A stretch of DNA of 64,000 nt from a bacterium. GTDB lineage: Bacteria; Zhuqueibacterota; Zhuqueibacteria; Residuimicrobiales; Krinioviventaceae. The position numbers and the translations under genes were made by a program. Where the stretch lies: positions 1,984,001 through 2,048,000 of the forward strand of contig OY843751.1 of NCBI GenBank assembly GCA_963693055.1. The letters run 5' to 3'. This document shows positions 39,931 to 50,185 of this stretch, piece after piece (positions within the stretch are counted from its first letter, which is position 1; each line of letters starts with the position of its first letter). Below the pieces are notes generated by a model. The model saw nothing but the letters and a program-made list of their open reading frames with translations. It ran no database searches and was not told the DNA's origin.

Positions 39931-40821
39931 ATGAGTGCAATTAAAGATTTATTACAAAAAAAGAAAATTCTTGTTTCTGATGGTGCCTGGGGCACCTTTT
40001 TGATAGCAAAAGGCCTTAAACCAGGAGAATGCCCCGAAGTCTGGAACCTTGAGCGTCCTGACGATGTGCAGACAATTCCTGCTGCTTATTTTGATGCGGG
40101 TGCTGACATGGTATTAACCAACAGTTTTGGTGCCAGTCCCTTCAAGCTTGATCATTTTGGTTTAGCAGACAAAACATTCGAAATTAATAAAGCTGCTGCC
40201 GAGATATCCAAACGAGCGGCGGGTACAGGTCAATTGGTTTTAGGTTCCGTAGGCCCTACCGGTGTGATTTTGATGATGGGACAGGTTAGTCCGGATGAAC
40301 TCTATGATGGTTTTGCAAAACAGGTTACCGGTCTTGCCGCAGGCGGTGTGGATGCGATCTGTATTGAAACCATGTCCGCACTGGATGAAGCAGAGCAAGC
40401 ATTAAAAGCAGTTAGAGAAAACACCGATCTTGAAGTTGTTACTACCTTTACTTTTGAAGAGACGGTTGATGGTGATTTTAGGACGATGATGGGTGTTTCA
40501 CCGGAAGATATGATTAATGCTTTATCTGCTTATAATATTGATGTAATTGGTACAAATTGCGGAAATGGTATGAAGCAGATGTTGGGTATAGTTGAACGAA
40601 TTAAAAAAGCTGCACCTGATACTCCAATACTTGTTCATGCAAATGCCGGCAAACCCGTAATTGACGATGCAGGTAAAACGGTTTTTCCTGAATCTCCTCA
40701 GGAGATGGCTGAACTGGTTACACCCATATTAAAAGCTGGTGCATCGATTGTAGGTGGATGCTGTGGTACTACTCCCGAGCATATTAATCAAATACGTAAA
40801 GTTGTGGAACAATATAAATGA
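39931..40821 (+). CDS. Homocysteine S-methyltransferase domain (stand-alone MetH N-terminal module)
   Basis: SDGAWGT, AGADMVLTNSFG, IETM, GTNCG, ANAG.P, GGCCGTTPEHI. Confidence 0.92.
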   Translation: MSAIKDLLQKKKILVSDGAWGTFLIAKGLKPGECPEVWNLERPDDVQTIPAAYFDAGADMVLTNSFGASPFKLDHFGLADKTFEINKAAAEISKRAAGTGQLVLGSVGPTGVILMMGQVSPDELYDGFAKQVTGLAAGGVDAICIETMSALDEAEQALKAVRENTDLEVVTTFTFEETVDGDFRTMMGVSPEDMINALSAYNIDVIGTNCGNGMKQMLGIVERIKKAAPDTPILVHANAGKPVIDDAGKTVFPESPQEMAELVTPILKAGASIVGGCCGTTPEHINQIRKVVEQYK

Positions 40822-41525
40822 CCGATTCTATTTTTAATAATGATATTTTGTCAGTATCCATTTCAACTGACGAGATCAAAGTTGATCCTGAAAAAATTGA
40901 AACCTTTTTGGGGTATCCCAAAGACCAGGCACCTGATTTTATCAAGGAAAGCATTACAGATATCATTAAATCATCTCGCGAGTATATTCAAATAACAGCA
41001 GGGTATACAATTCGTCCGGTTGTGAGGGGAGAAGACAAGTCCTTTCTCACAATTGGAAACAAAGCGTTTAATACAGGTAAAATTATTTCAGCTCAAATGA
41101 ACAGAGCAGAGTATGCTGCATTTTTTTTGTGTACCATAGGGCCTGATCTCGAAAACTGGGTGAAAAAACTCAGTGAAGAAGGAGAAATTATGTCCAGCTT
41201 TATAGCTGATCATGTTGCTTCCGAATCTGTAGAAAAGGTTGTTGATGTTTTGAATGATAAATTGAAAATTGATTTGGAATCAAAAGGATATGGCGCAACC
41301 TATCCCTTTAGTCCAGGGTATTGTGGATGGCATGTTTCTGAACAACCCATGTTGTTTTCATTTTTCCCGGAAAATCCATTTGGTATCAAATTGAGTGATT
41401 CACATTTAATGATCCCTATGAAATCCGTTAGTGGTATTATTGGCATTGGGCGTGAAGCCAAACAACGTGTTTATCCTTGCAAAATTTGTACATTCAAAGA
41501 GTGTTATAAAAACCAACAAAAGTGA
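40818..41525 (+). CDS. Vitamin B12-dependent methionine synthase activation domain protein
   Basis: FLCTIG, FSPGYCGW, MIPMKSVSGIIG, C-terminal CKIC..C; ATGA overlap. Confidence 0.88.
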   Translation: MTDSIFNNDILSVSISTDEIKVDPEKIETFLGYPKDQAPDFIKESITDIIKSSREYIQITAGYTIRPVVRGEDKSFLTIGNKAFNTGKIISAQMNRAEYAAFFLCTIGPDLENWVKKLSEEGEIMSSFIADHVASESVEKVVDVLNDKLKIDLESKGYGATYPFSPGYCGWHVSEQPMLFSFFPENPFGIKLSDSHLMIPMKSVSGIIGIGREAKQRVYPCKICTFKECYKNQQK

Positions 41526-41573
41526 TAAAATATTTTTTTACTTGCAATTCATTATTTTTTTTCTTTAATTAAA

Positions 41574-41589
41574 TCGAACGTTCGTTCGA
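41574..41589. promoter_or_regulatory. Palindromic TetR-type operator
   Basis: TCGAACG-TT-CGTTCGA just downstream of TTGCAA-N16-TTTAAT and upstream of the TetR start. Confidence 0.7.
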
Positions 41590-41606
41590 AATAATTCAGG
41601 GCTTTC

Positions 41607-42248
41607 ATGTACAATAATGATCTACGAGAAAAAATTCTAAACACGGCTATCCGTTTGTTTGCTAAACAGGGTTATAATGCTACAGGAGTGCGTCAGATTA
41701 CCAAAGAGGCTGATACTACTGTTTCTATGGTCAGTTATTATTTTGGTTCAAAAGAAGGAATTCTTCAGGAAATTATTGATGATTATTTTAGAAAAATTCA
41801 ACCCTTTGTTGATACTGCATTCAAAGATACAACTAGTCATGAAATGATGATAAGGAATTTTGTTAATAATTATTTAACAATAATCAAAGATTATCCTGAT
41901 CAGGTGCGCATTGTCAACCACGAGTTGGCTTTTGGTAATAGTAAAGTTGAAGATCTGCGTACTGAACATGTTAAAAGACATCAGAATAAAATTCAAGATT
42001 TTATACAAACTGATACTCAAGTCAATAAAGATATAGAATATGAAATGACCATCCTTTGGAGTGCACTTATGGGGATGGTTGTTTATCCGGTTATGCTGAA
42101 ACCTATCTATAGCAAAATATTTTTAGATACTGATCAGGAATTCATGGATCGTTTTGTAGATATAATCACCACAATGGCATTGAATGGAATGCAGCCGTTA
42201 TTAGAAAAAATGATGTCAATGCATGATGTAATGCATTCAAATTCTTAA
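41607..42248 (+). CDS. TetR/AcrR family transcriptional regulator
   Basis: ILNTAIRLFAKQGYNATGVRQITKEA..YYFGSKEGI. Confidence 0.93.
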   Translation: MYNNDLREKILNTAIRLFAKQGYNATGVRQITKEADTTVSMVSYYFGSKEGILQEIIDDYFRKIQPFVDTAFKDTTSHEMMIRNFVNNYLTIIKDYPDQVRIVNHELAFGNSKVEDLRTEHVKRHQNKIQDFIQTDTQVNKDIEYEMTILWSALMGMVVYPVMLKPIYSKIFLDTDQEFMDRFVDIITTMALNGMQPLLEKMMSMHDVMHSNS

Positions 42249-42309
42249 AAACACCACGTCCCATGGTGTCTTACAGGCCGGTTAAAAAAAATATTTTTTT
42301 AGCCGGCTC

Positions 42310-43092
42310 TTATTTTTGGGGATGTAATGTTAGCCAGAACCTCAGGTTTTTATCGCCGGGAGTGGCAATATCTTTAAACATGGAGAACCACCCATTTTTT
42401 TCTCCACCCCAACCAAAATTCAGATGTACCATGAATTTATCATTTTCAAATCGATACCCATCAATAACAACTGCGTGCCCGCTTCCTTTAACATCCATGT
42501 TTCTATAGTAGAAAAAAACAGGGTTACCCAACTCAATCTCATGTATAACCAGATTTCTGATTTTTCTTTTACCTTGTAGTAATCCTTTATACTGCAAATA
42601 GAGCTGTGCTTTAACAGGTAAATGTTTTTCTATAATTTTTTTGGAGGGCATCATGGTCATGTATCTTCCTCTTCCAAAATCTTTTTGAACAACTAGAGCA
42701 GACGCATAACAATATTCGGCAATTTGTTGTGAAATACTGTCCGGAGTATCCTTTTTAATCTGATCGGCAAAGTTATCCCAAATGATTGTAAAATCCGATA
42801 AATTTTCATCTATTTCATATCCTTTAGAACACGTGTATTTTACTTTGCCGTGAGGTATCAATTTATGATGATACATTATCTGTGCAAGAGCGGTTGACCA
42901 GCAACCCATTGTATTGCTTTCTGGCTCTGGTGTAAATGCAGCATAGGGACCGCTTCCCGTCCAGTTTGTAGATAGTAAAACGGTATTTTCTCTGTGATTA
43001 GGAGAGGGAGAGTAAAAAGGAAGGTTTGAATACAGGGTGTAAATTAAAACAATTGCAACAAGAATGATAATTGAATATTTGATGGTTTTCAT
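42310..43092 (-). CDS. C10 family (streptopain-like) cysteine peptidase, lacking an obvious propeptide
   Basis: GCWSTALAQIM, GHAVVIDGY, HLNFGWGG. Confidence 0.85.
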   Translation of the reverse strand: MKTIKYSIIILVAIVLIYTLYSNLPFYSPSPNHRENTVLLSTNWTGSGPYAAFTPEPESNTMGCWSTALAQIMYHHKLIPHGKVKYTCSKGYEIDENLSDFTIIWDNFADQIKKDTPDSISQQIAEYCYASALVVQKDFGRGRYMTMMPSKKIIEKHLPVKAQLYLQYKGLLQGKRKIRNLVIHEIELGNPVFFYYRNMDVKGSGHAVVIDGYRFENDKFMVHLNFGWGGEKNGWFSMFKDIATPGDKNLRFWLTLHPQK

Positions 43093-43126
43093 AGCAGTTC
43101 CGTATTTAAAGTGGTTTGTTGTAATA

Positions 43127-43154
43127 CATACGGAACATCATTGTTTCTGTTACA
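43127..43154 (-). promoter_or_regulatory. ECF-sigma-like promoter for the C10 peptidase
   Basis: Minus strand TGTAAC-N16-CGTATG. Confidence 0.45.
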
Positions 43155-43188
43155 AAAAAATACCCGCTTTTAATAAATAAAAGCGGGT
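43154..43188 (-). terminator. Rho-independent terminator after the GH172 gene
   Basis: acccgctttta/taaaagcgggt with an A-run on +. Confidence 0.75.
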
Positions 43189-43206
43189 TGATTGATTATA
43201 TGTCGA

Positions 43207-44364
43207 TTATTGAATTTCTAAATAATCCTTGTCTGGCAGCTCTGGGAATTTCGCATGTGGCTCTTGTTGATACCAGAAAGCGACAGAAGAGATATCATCC
43301 TGAAGAGGTAAATATCTGCCACCGCTTCTCCAACCAAGAGCCTGCATGGTAACTTTGAGGTTTTTATCAAAACGAACCGGATCTGTTATATGCCAACGAT
43401 ACAAACCGAAACGGGTTTGTGATTTGCGCAAAGGTTCTGTATCCGCTTTTACGACATAAAATCCAGCATAAGGAGTTGTGTATTCCCGATATTCTTTGAC
43501 ACCATCTTCACGAAGCGCTGAAAATCCATACGAACCACAGAAATAGTCTTCAGTACCGGTACCGCAGATGGTTGGAAATTGTTTATCACCATCCATGAAA
43601 AATTTAATTTCACCTTCACCCCACCAGCTGTTATTATTAGAACCCCAGGCCATATATGTACCTACAAAATGACCTTTACCTTTAACACCATCCAGAATAG
43701 TAAAATCTTCTTTATATGGCAAGGGATTGGTTCTGCGGAATTGCGCGTGAAAATATGCTGCATCATCAGATATTTCTGTGAGTGTGTAATTGATTTGAAA
43801 ATACAATTTCATTCTTTTGTCATCAAGATTAGTCATTGTGATTTTGCATTTTTTACGAAAAGGCATGATCCAATAAGAATTAAAGGCACTGCCAGGATTT
43901 ACACATACCGGTATTGAAGATATATGTTTATATGTCTTCCACCCCTGGCAAAAGAAATCACCAACAGGGACTTCAACAGAGGGTTCTGTTTCATCATCAT
44001 AATAGATTCGAATAATTGAGAATCTCCAATCACCAGTTGGTGTCATCCAAATTTGTTGAATAGCACCGGGACCTTCTATGTCAGCCAGTGTAAAGGTTTG
44101 TTTAGATTCAATATGAATATAGGGATTTACTTTCCATCCTTGTCCCAAATCTCTAGCAGCTTTTGCGGCTGTACCTTCTTCAAGGGTTGCCATGCCGCCT
44201 TTACCTTTCTCGCCGGTTAAATTTTCAGGACTAATGGAACGGGTTTTGGCATTAGACAATAATGTCAGATCACCCAAATTAGATGACAATCCATTAAATG
44301 ATTGGGCCTGTACAAACCCAATTGTAAATACCAACAATAACAATACTGTGATTCTAACTCTCAT
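43207..44364 (-). CDS. DUF2961 / GH172 glycoside hydrolase
   Basis: RSISPENLTGEKGKGG, PSVEVPVGDFF, WWGEGEIKFF, GTGTEDYF, DDISSVAFWYQ. Confidence 0.92.
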   Translation of the reverse strand: MRVRITVLLLLVFTIGFVQAQSFNGLSSNLGDLTLLSNAKTRSISPENLTGEKGKGGMATLEEGTAAKAARDLGQGWKVNPYIHIESKQTFTLADIEGPGAIQQIWMTPTGDWRFSIIRIYYDDETEPSVEVPVGDFFCQGWKTYKHISSIPVCVNPGSAFNSYWIMPFRKKCKITMTNLDDKRMKLYFQINYTLTEISDDAAYFHAQFRRTNPLPYKEDFTILDGVKGKGHFVGTYMAWGSNNNSWWGEGEIKFFMDGDKQFPTICGTGTEDYFCGSYGFSALREDGVKEYREYTTPYAGFYVVKADTEPLRKSQTRFGLYRWHITDPVRFDKNLKVTMQALGWRSGGRYLPLQDDISSVAFWYQQEPHAKFPELPDKDYLEIQ

Positions 44365-44396
44365 AACTTCCTCCGTTATTTTTTTATTATGATTGC

Positions 44397-45128
44397 TTAA
44401 GACCAGATTGTTTTTGCTCTGCACAATTCGCTATTGTCACTTTTACGTTTCAGACTGTGCAGTATTTCTCCATTTCCATTGTAACTGTACATCGTGTTTA
44501 TGGTATCGTTTTGTAATGCTTCATTAATAAAGTTAATTTCCAACTCTAAAAGTTGATGCTTTTTACAAAAGTCAGGATCCAGTGCATTTACTATATATTC
44601 AATATATTTTACATTGTTAACATGTCCGTTCACATCCAAATCAGTAAAGGTTACAGGTTGTGAAAAAGTATGTTCAAGATTGTCCATAGGTGAGATTTTA
44701 GCCGCATAGTCATCTAAAGCTTTTTCAGGATGAAGCGGCCTCTCTGCAAGATAAGTATCAATTCTTTGAGGACGTCTCGAGTCGAGGTTGATAACCAACC
44801 AGGTAGTTGTTGCTCTGCCAATGGTCTCGTTATCACTGTTTTCTATTTTAAAATCACGATAAAAGAACATTCTATCCATTCCGGAAGGCCATGTATGTAC
44901 GGTTATGCTATCTCCCCATTTGGGATATTTTTGTAAAGAAATTCTTTGTCTTGCCAGCACCCAGGCGAGATTTTGCTTAACCAGGTGACTGAAACCCAAC
45001 TCCAGATGTTCGGCATGGTTCCATGCTGTCTCTTGTAAATAATTACTAATTGCTGGAATTGTAGCATTGCTGTTTATATCAGCTTCATAAGAATGTATTT
45101 TAAATTCATTTTGCCATATCAACTTCAT
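44397..45128 (-). CDS. Acyl-ACP thioesterase
   Basis: YLQETAWNHA, WVLARQ, YPKWGD, DLDVNGHVNNVKY. Confidence 0.9.
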   Translation of the reverse strand: MKLIWQNEFKIHSYEADINSNATIPAISNYLQETAWNHAEHLELGFSHLVKQNLAWVLARQRISLQKYPKWGDSITVHTWPSGMDRMFFYRDFKIENSDNETIGRATTTWLVINLDSRRPQRIDTYLAERPLHPEKALDDYAAKISPMDNLEHTFSQPVTFTDLDVNGHVNNVKYIEYIVNALDPDFCKKHQLLELEINFINEALQNDTINTMYSYNGNGEILHSLKRKSDNSELCRAKTIWS

Positions 45129-45145
45129 ATGATTATCCTGTATTC

Positions 45146-47065
45146 TTAGTTTTCGTAGGGAATCCAAACTGTCATTTCACCAGCTCCGCGATGCGCCCAT
45201 GAATAATAGGGGATTGCTGTTAATAGTTGGTCTTTACCATCTTTGGTTTTCGCAGGACCTGATATTGTGTGAATACCTCTCAAAAGTTCAGGTCTTTCAT
45301 TCGAGATAAAATGGGTATCCTTTGGAATAACGAGCTTTCTTGCCAGATTATTATTGTCTGCCCATTCTATACAATAGACCAGGGGACCGCGTTGCAGTGC
45401 TATTTTATTTTCATTTTCTTTAACTTTGATGTTGCTCTTGATTTTTCTCACCGGCATTTGTAGATAAAGGCTTATATTATCACCTTTTTGCCAGGTTCTT
45501 GTAATAATTGCATATCCGTTTTCAACTGTATAATTGATAAAGCAATTATTAACCTTGATTTCTGGTGCAAGAATTCTCTTTTCTTTGAAATTGTACAAGT
45601 CTCCTGGTACGGGACTGTTCATAGACCATCCGGGGATTCGAAATGCAATTGTAAACAGTTTGTTTTCATTCGGTTCAATTGTGTAATTAATAAATCCATT
45701 CCATGGATAATCTGATTCTTGTTTTACAGTAATTGAATTGTCTGGCAATTCCAGCTTTGCCGTGCTCGCAATAAATAGATTGCTGTAAATAGTGTCATTT
45801 CTAACGGCATACATATAACCTGGCAGCGATGGCAAAAATCTTGCTACATTTACCGGACAGCAAGCACAATCAAACCATGGACTTCTTTTATGATATCCAT
45901 CAGATTCCAAAGGGTTGGGGTAAAAGAATTCATTTCCATCTAATGAAACACCAGACAAAAATCCGTTATATAAAGTGCGTTCAAACACATCTATATATTT
46001 TGCATCGCCATGCAGTAAAAACATGCGATAGTTCCATAGCATATTGGCAATTGCTGCACATGTTTCGTTATATGCTGAAAGATTTGGGAGTTCATAATCT
46101 TCACCAAAGGATTCTCCACTATAACGTGAACCAATTCCGCCGGTGATATAAAGTTTGGTATATACAGTGTTTTGCCAGATTTTGTTCAATGCTTGAATAT
46201 ATTCAGGATCTCCGGTCAGTGCAGCTGCATCGGCCATGCCGGAATACATATATGCTGCTCGTACCGCGTGGCCTGTTGGACGGTCCTGTTCAATAACAGG
46301 GATATGGTCCTGGCAATATTCTCCATAAAGTTCATGGTTTTCGCTTTGCCCACGTTGATCAAGAAAGAATTTTGCAAGTTCCAGGTAATCATTATTGCCG
46401 GTTATTCTGTAAAGTTTAAACAGGCCTATTTCTATTTCCTGGTGACCCGGAACATCGTATCGTTTACCGGGGCCAAATACTGAATATATCAAATCTGCGT
46501 TTTTAATAGCAACATCAAGTAAAGTCTTTTTACCCGTTGCCTGATAATGAGCAACAGCGGCTTCGTACATATGGCCCACATTATAGAGCTCGTGACTATG
46601 AACAAGATATGACCATCTAACGTCTCCGGCTTCTTTTGCAGGTTTATTCGGATTTATTGTTCGTGTGGTATAAAGATATCCATCATCTTCCTGGGCTGCT
46701 GCAATTTTGACAATTAGATCATCAAGGTACTTGGCGAGTTCAGGATCAGGATGTAAAGCCAGCGAGTATGACGCACCTTCAATAACTTTGAAAACATCAG
46801 AATCATTAAATCGAATGCCTTCAAATTCACCGTCTAAAAGTTTACCTGCTTTGCTGAAATTATCAATTCTGCCGGTTTCCTCACATTTTTTAAAATCATA
46901 AGGGATAGTAACCGTACGATTGGTTTCCAGACGGGGATTCCAAAAGTTATCAGTCAATTGGACTCGGTAAAATTCCACAGGTTGAATTGGGTAATCAGAT
47001 TTCAGAGAATGTGAACAGTTTAAGGATATTAGAAGCACTATTCCAAACCTGAATAATTTTAACAT
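45146..47065 (-). CDS. GH127 beta-L-arabinofuranosidase family protein
   Basis: FNDSDVFK, HELYNVGH, GHAVRA, YNETCA, WFDCACCP, RGPLVYC. Confidence 0.95.
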   Translation of the reverse strand: MLKLFRFGIVLLISLNCSHSLKSDYPIQPVEFYRVQLTDNFWNPRLETNRTVTIPYDFKKCEETGRIDNFSKAGKLLDGEFEGIRFNDSDVFKVIEGASYSLALHPDPELAKYLDDLIVKIAAAQEDDGYLYTTRTINPNKPAKEAGDVRWSYLVHSHELYNVGHMYEAAVAHYQATGKKTLLDVAIKNADLIYSVFGPGKRYDVPGHQEIEIGLFKLYRITGNNDYLELAKFFLDQRGQSENHELYGEYCQDHIPVIEQDRPTGHAVRAAYMYSGMADAAALTGDPEYIQALNKIWQNTVYTKLYITGGIGSRYSGESFGEDYELPNLSAYNETCAAIANMLWNYRMFLLHGDAKYIDVFERTLYNGFLSGVSLDGNEFFYPNPLESDGYHKRSPWFDCACCPVNVARFLPSLPGYMYAVRNDTIYSNLFIASTAKLELPDNSITVKQESDYPWNGFINYTIEPNENKLFTIAFRIPGWSMNSPVPGDLYNFKEKRILAPEIKVNNCFINYTVENGYAIITRTWQKGDNISLYLQMPVRKIKSNIKVKENENKIALQRGPLVYCIEWADNNNLARKLVIPKDTHFISNERPELLRGIHTISGPAKTKDGKDQLLTAIPYYSWAHRGAGEMTVWIPYEN

Positions 47066-47187
47066 AAGTTCTCCTGTCAATCTGTGGTTAAATATACAAT
47101 ATTGTGTGTCATTGCGCAAGATTTTATATTTGAATATAAAAACGAATGGCCCAATTGCTTTAGGGCCATTCATATTTATTATTGTTA

Positions 47188-47679
47188 TTATTTTTTTATG
47201 CCTGGTTCAGAGGCACCATAATTAACGATTTTGTTTTCACCATGAGCATTGTAAAACGTATTGCCTTCACTTACCCAGGCTTTAAAGCCGCCGTCAATAT
47301 CTTTAATATTTTTATATCCCAATTTTTCCAATGATTGCACTGAAAGACTGCTTCTGCCACCTGAACGACAATACAGAATCATTTCAGCATCCGGATCATC
47401 AGTCAAAGATGTAACTCCCCACTCAATTTTTCCACGAGGTATCCATTTTGCACCTGCTAAATGACCGGCATCGTATTCAGCTTTGGTTCTGACATCAATC
47501 AGGTAAAATTTTTCATCACTTTTCATTTTTTTGCTCAGATCAGATGGAGAAATATGCGAAATTGATGATTTTGTTTCTTTTACCAGTTCGTCAAGTTCCT
47601 CTTTTGGTGATGCAAAAACAAAGTTACTCAGATAAAGAAAGAAAAATATTGTTATTGTCAATGTGGATAGCTTTTTCAT
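47188..47679 (-). CDS. Exported rhodanese-like domain protein
   Basis: LIDVR..EYDAGHLAGA, YCRSGGRS, GGFKAW; signal peptide. Confidence 0.92.
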   Translation of the reverse strand: MKKLSTLTITIFFFLYLSNFVFASPKEELDELVKETKSSISHISPSDLSKKMKSDEKFYLIDVRTKAEYDAGHLAGAKWIPRGKIEWGVTSLTDDPDAEMILYCRSGGRSSLSVQSLEKLGYKNIKDIDGGFKAWVSEGNTFYNAHGENKIVNYGASEPGIKK

Positions 47680-47704
47680 TATAAAAACTCCATTTGTGAA
47701 TTAT

Positions 47705-48229
47705 TTACTGATTTATCATTTTCCACATCCATTGTGCTGCAACAAGTGCAGGTGATAAAAGCAGGCATCCTGTTGCTGCAACTATACTGATATGGGTAAT
47801 ACTGTATATGTTTGAATGTAATAGTTCATAATAATAATATAAACTTGTCAAGAGCACTAAAAGATTGACTAAAACAATACGAATTGATTGTTTATTTAAA
47901 TTTATTAGTTGAATTAGATGAGCAATGGTGTGAAATGTAAAAACACCTGTCATGGCAATAAACAAGTTTAATAATATTGTATTGTTCGGATTTCGGATGG
48001 AAAAAAAAGAAATCGAAGAGAAAATAATAAACTCTGTAATAATTGCAAACTTGAATTCACCAAGGGATATATCAAAAGATTGCAAAAGTATTTGTTTTAG
48101 CTGGTTATTATTTGCAATTTCAGGGATTTTGTGCTTGTTGTTATCCAGCCATAAGCGTATTTCAAGCATCTCTTCTACATCATGTAATATGAAAAGAAAG
48201 GGGAGTATACTGGTAATAATTTTAAGCAT
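47705..48229 (-). CDS. HXXEE domain membrane protein
   Basis: FILHDVEE, H..AH; TM helices. Confidence 0.75.
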   Translation of the reverse strand: MLKIITSILPFLFILHDVEEMLEIRLWLDNNKHKIPEIANNNQLKQILLQSFDISLGEFKFAIITEFIIFSSISFFSIRNPNNTILLNLFIAMTGVFTFHTIAHLIQLINLNKQSIRIVLVNLLVLLTSLYYYYELLHSNIYSITHISIVAATGCLLLSPALVAAQWMWKMINQ

Positions 48230-48234
48230 AATGA

Positions 48235-48972
48235 TTATTTTATTAAATTGAATAATTGAGTTAAAATTTCTGTTGCTTTGCCTTTTAAAAATATATCTGT
48301 TATTGTATTTGTAAATGCAGAAGGTTCTGCGTTTATTTCAATTATTGTGCTTCCTTTATCTTTCGCTTGGTAAGGAATATAACAAGCCGGCATTACTTCT
48401 CCTGTTGTTCCAATTACCAATACCACATCTGCAAGTTCTGCCTGAATAAAGGATTCATCATTAACGTGCGAAGGAATCATTTCACCAAAGAAAATAAAGT
48501 CTGGCTTTAATAGACCACCGCAGACAGGGCAAGCGGGGGGGAGTAGATCCAGACTAACATCAGGCTGTCTTGATTTTTTCAGGCAGTTTTGACATTCAAA
48601 GCGTTTTGTTGTTCCGTGAAATTCAAGAACGTTTTTACTGCCGGCATCCTGATGAAGGTTGTCAATATTTTGAGTGATTATGGATTTTATAATTCCTTTT
48701 TTTTCAAGTTCAGCTAGTTTGATATGAGCTGCATTGGGCTTTGCGTTGCCCATAAATTCGTAAAATATAGTATATATTTTTTCCCATGATTCTTTGGGGT
48801 GCGTATTAAAAAAGTCGAGTTCCAGGCAAGTAGGGTCATACTTTGACCATAATCCATCCGGACCTCTAAAAGGAGGTATCCCACTTTCTACTGAAATTCC
48901 TGCTCCTGTAAAAACAATGCAATGTTTGGATGCTGTAATGAACTTTGCTGCTTTTTGAATATCGTTCTGCAT
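48235..48972 (-). CDS. cobB: NAD-dependent protein deacylase (Sir2 family)
   Basis: FTGAGISVESGIP.FRG, ITQNIDNLHQDAG, HG, CxxC..CxxC, KPDFIFFGE. Confidence 0.93.
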   Translation of the reverse strand: MQNDIQKAAKFITASKHCIVFTGAGISVESGIPPFRGPDGLWSKYDPTCLELDFFNTHPKESWEKIYTIFYEFMGNAKPNAAHIKLAELEKKGIIKSIITQNIDNLHQDAGSKNVLEFHGTTKRFECQNCLKKSRQPDVSLDLLPPACPVCGGLLKPDFIFFGEMIPSHVNDESFIQAELADVVLVIGTTGEVMPACYIPYQAKDKGSTIIEINAEPSAFTNTITDIFLKGKATEILTQLFNLIK

Positions 48973-49231
48973 TATTGATCTTTCATTTGTATCAAAGAAT
49001 TTACAAATAATCTGCCAACAATACAAAAAGTATATTTCTAATAAAAATAGCTCCCAAATGATGGATTGGGAGCTATAGGAGGAGGATTGCAAGGAAAATA
49101 AACATCAATTGTTTTACATTAATTGCTGTTTTGAATTAGTAACAGTATAATAGACTCATATCTTCCCGGTTTTTTTAGGATTTTTCCTGGAATAAATTTT
49201 CTTGAATACGTATTGTTAATTAATAAAGTAG

Positions 49232-50092
49232 ATGTGTTTTATGATTATAATAAAGTTCCCACTATGGGGAGTATTGGGTTTTGTTTTAATGATTACCGGT
49301 TGGGCTTTTAACTGGTTTTTACCTGGAATGCGCTCACATCTCTTTTTTTTCCCCCTTTGGCTTGGATATTGTTTGGTAATTGATGCCTGGGTTTTTGTTC
49401 GCAAGGGTACATCGCTTTATTTTAGATCTGTACCACATTATATATGTTTATTTCTTATTTCTGCTCCGGTATGGTGGCTCTTTGAGTTGATCAACTGGAG
49501 AATGCAAAACTGGTTTTACCTGGGGCGTGAATCATTTACGGATTTACAATATTTTATTTTTGCCAGTATCAATTTTTCAACAGTAATTCCAGCGGTCTTT
49601 GGAACTGCTGAACTTGTAGGCTCGTTTCGATGGGTGAAAACTTTAAAACAAGGGCCTGCGATTCAATCCACGTTACGTTTAACTGTTTCATTATTATTGG
49701 CTGGTATGTCTGGCTTTCTTTTGTTAATGCTTTGGCCGCGTTATTTCTATCCCTTTGCCTGGGTTTCTTTGTATTTGGTTTTTGAATCTTTAAATGTATG
49801 GATGGGAAGACGTTCCTTATTGTATTATTTAAAAACGGGAGACTGGAGACCGGTCATCTCTTTAGCTCTTGGATGTTTGATTACCGGTTTCTTTTGGGAG
49901 TTTTGGAATTATTATTCTTATCCCAAATGGATTTATCATGTGCCCTTTGTTGATTTTTTGCATGTTTTTGAGATGCCAATTCTTGGATTTTTGGGATACA
50001 TTCCTTTTTCATTCGAATTGTTTGTAATCTATCATTTTATTGAAAGCATTTTTAACCGTTTTACAAACAAATCTTTTATAAATATTGTTTAA
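49232..50092 (+). CDS. Conserved-looking multi-pass membrane protein of unknown function
   Basis: Hydrophobic, with duplicated WWLFE..N..W.Y / GFFWEFWNY..W.Y motifs and FEMPILG. Confidence 0.75.
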   Translation: MCFMIIIKFPLWGVLGFVLMITGWAFNWFLPGMRSHLFFFPLWLGYCLVIDAWVFVRKGTSLYFRSVPHYICLFLISAPVWWLFELINWRMQNWFYLGRESFTDLQYFIFASINFSTVIPAVFGTAELVGSFRWVKTLKQGPAIQSTLRLTVSLLLAGMSGFLLLMLWPRYFYPFAWVSLYLVFESLNVWMGRRSLLYYLKTGDWRPVISLALGCLITGFFWEFWNYYSYPKWIYHVPFVDFLHVFEMPILGFLGYIPFSFELFVIYHFIESIFNRFTNKSFINIV

Positions 50093-50185
50093 GAAGAATA
50101 ATCTTTTTAAATTTGTTTCTAGTTGAACTTTTTTTTTGCAATCTTCCCAGTATCCTGAAACTAGATTCTATTATTAAGAGGTTTT

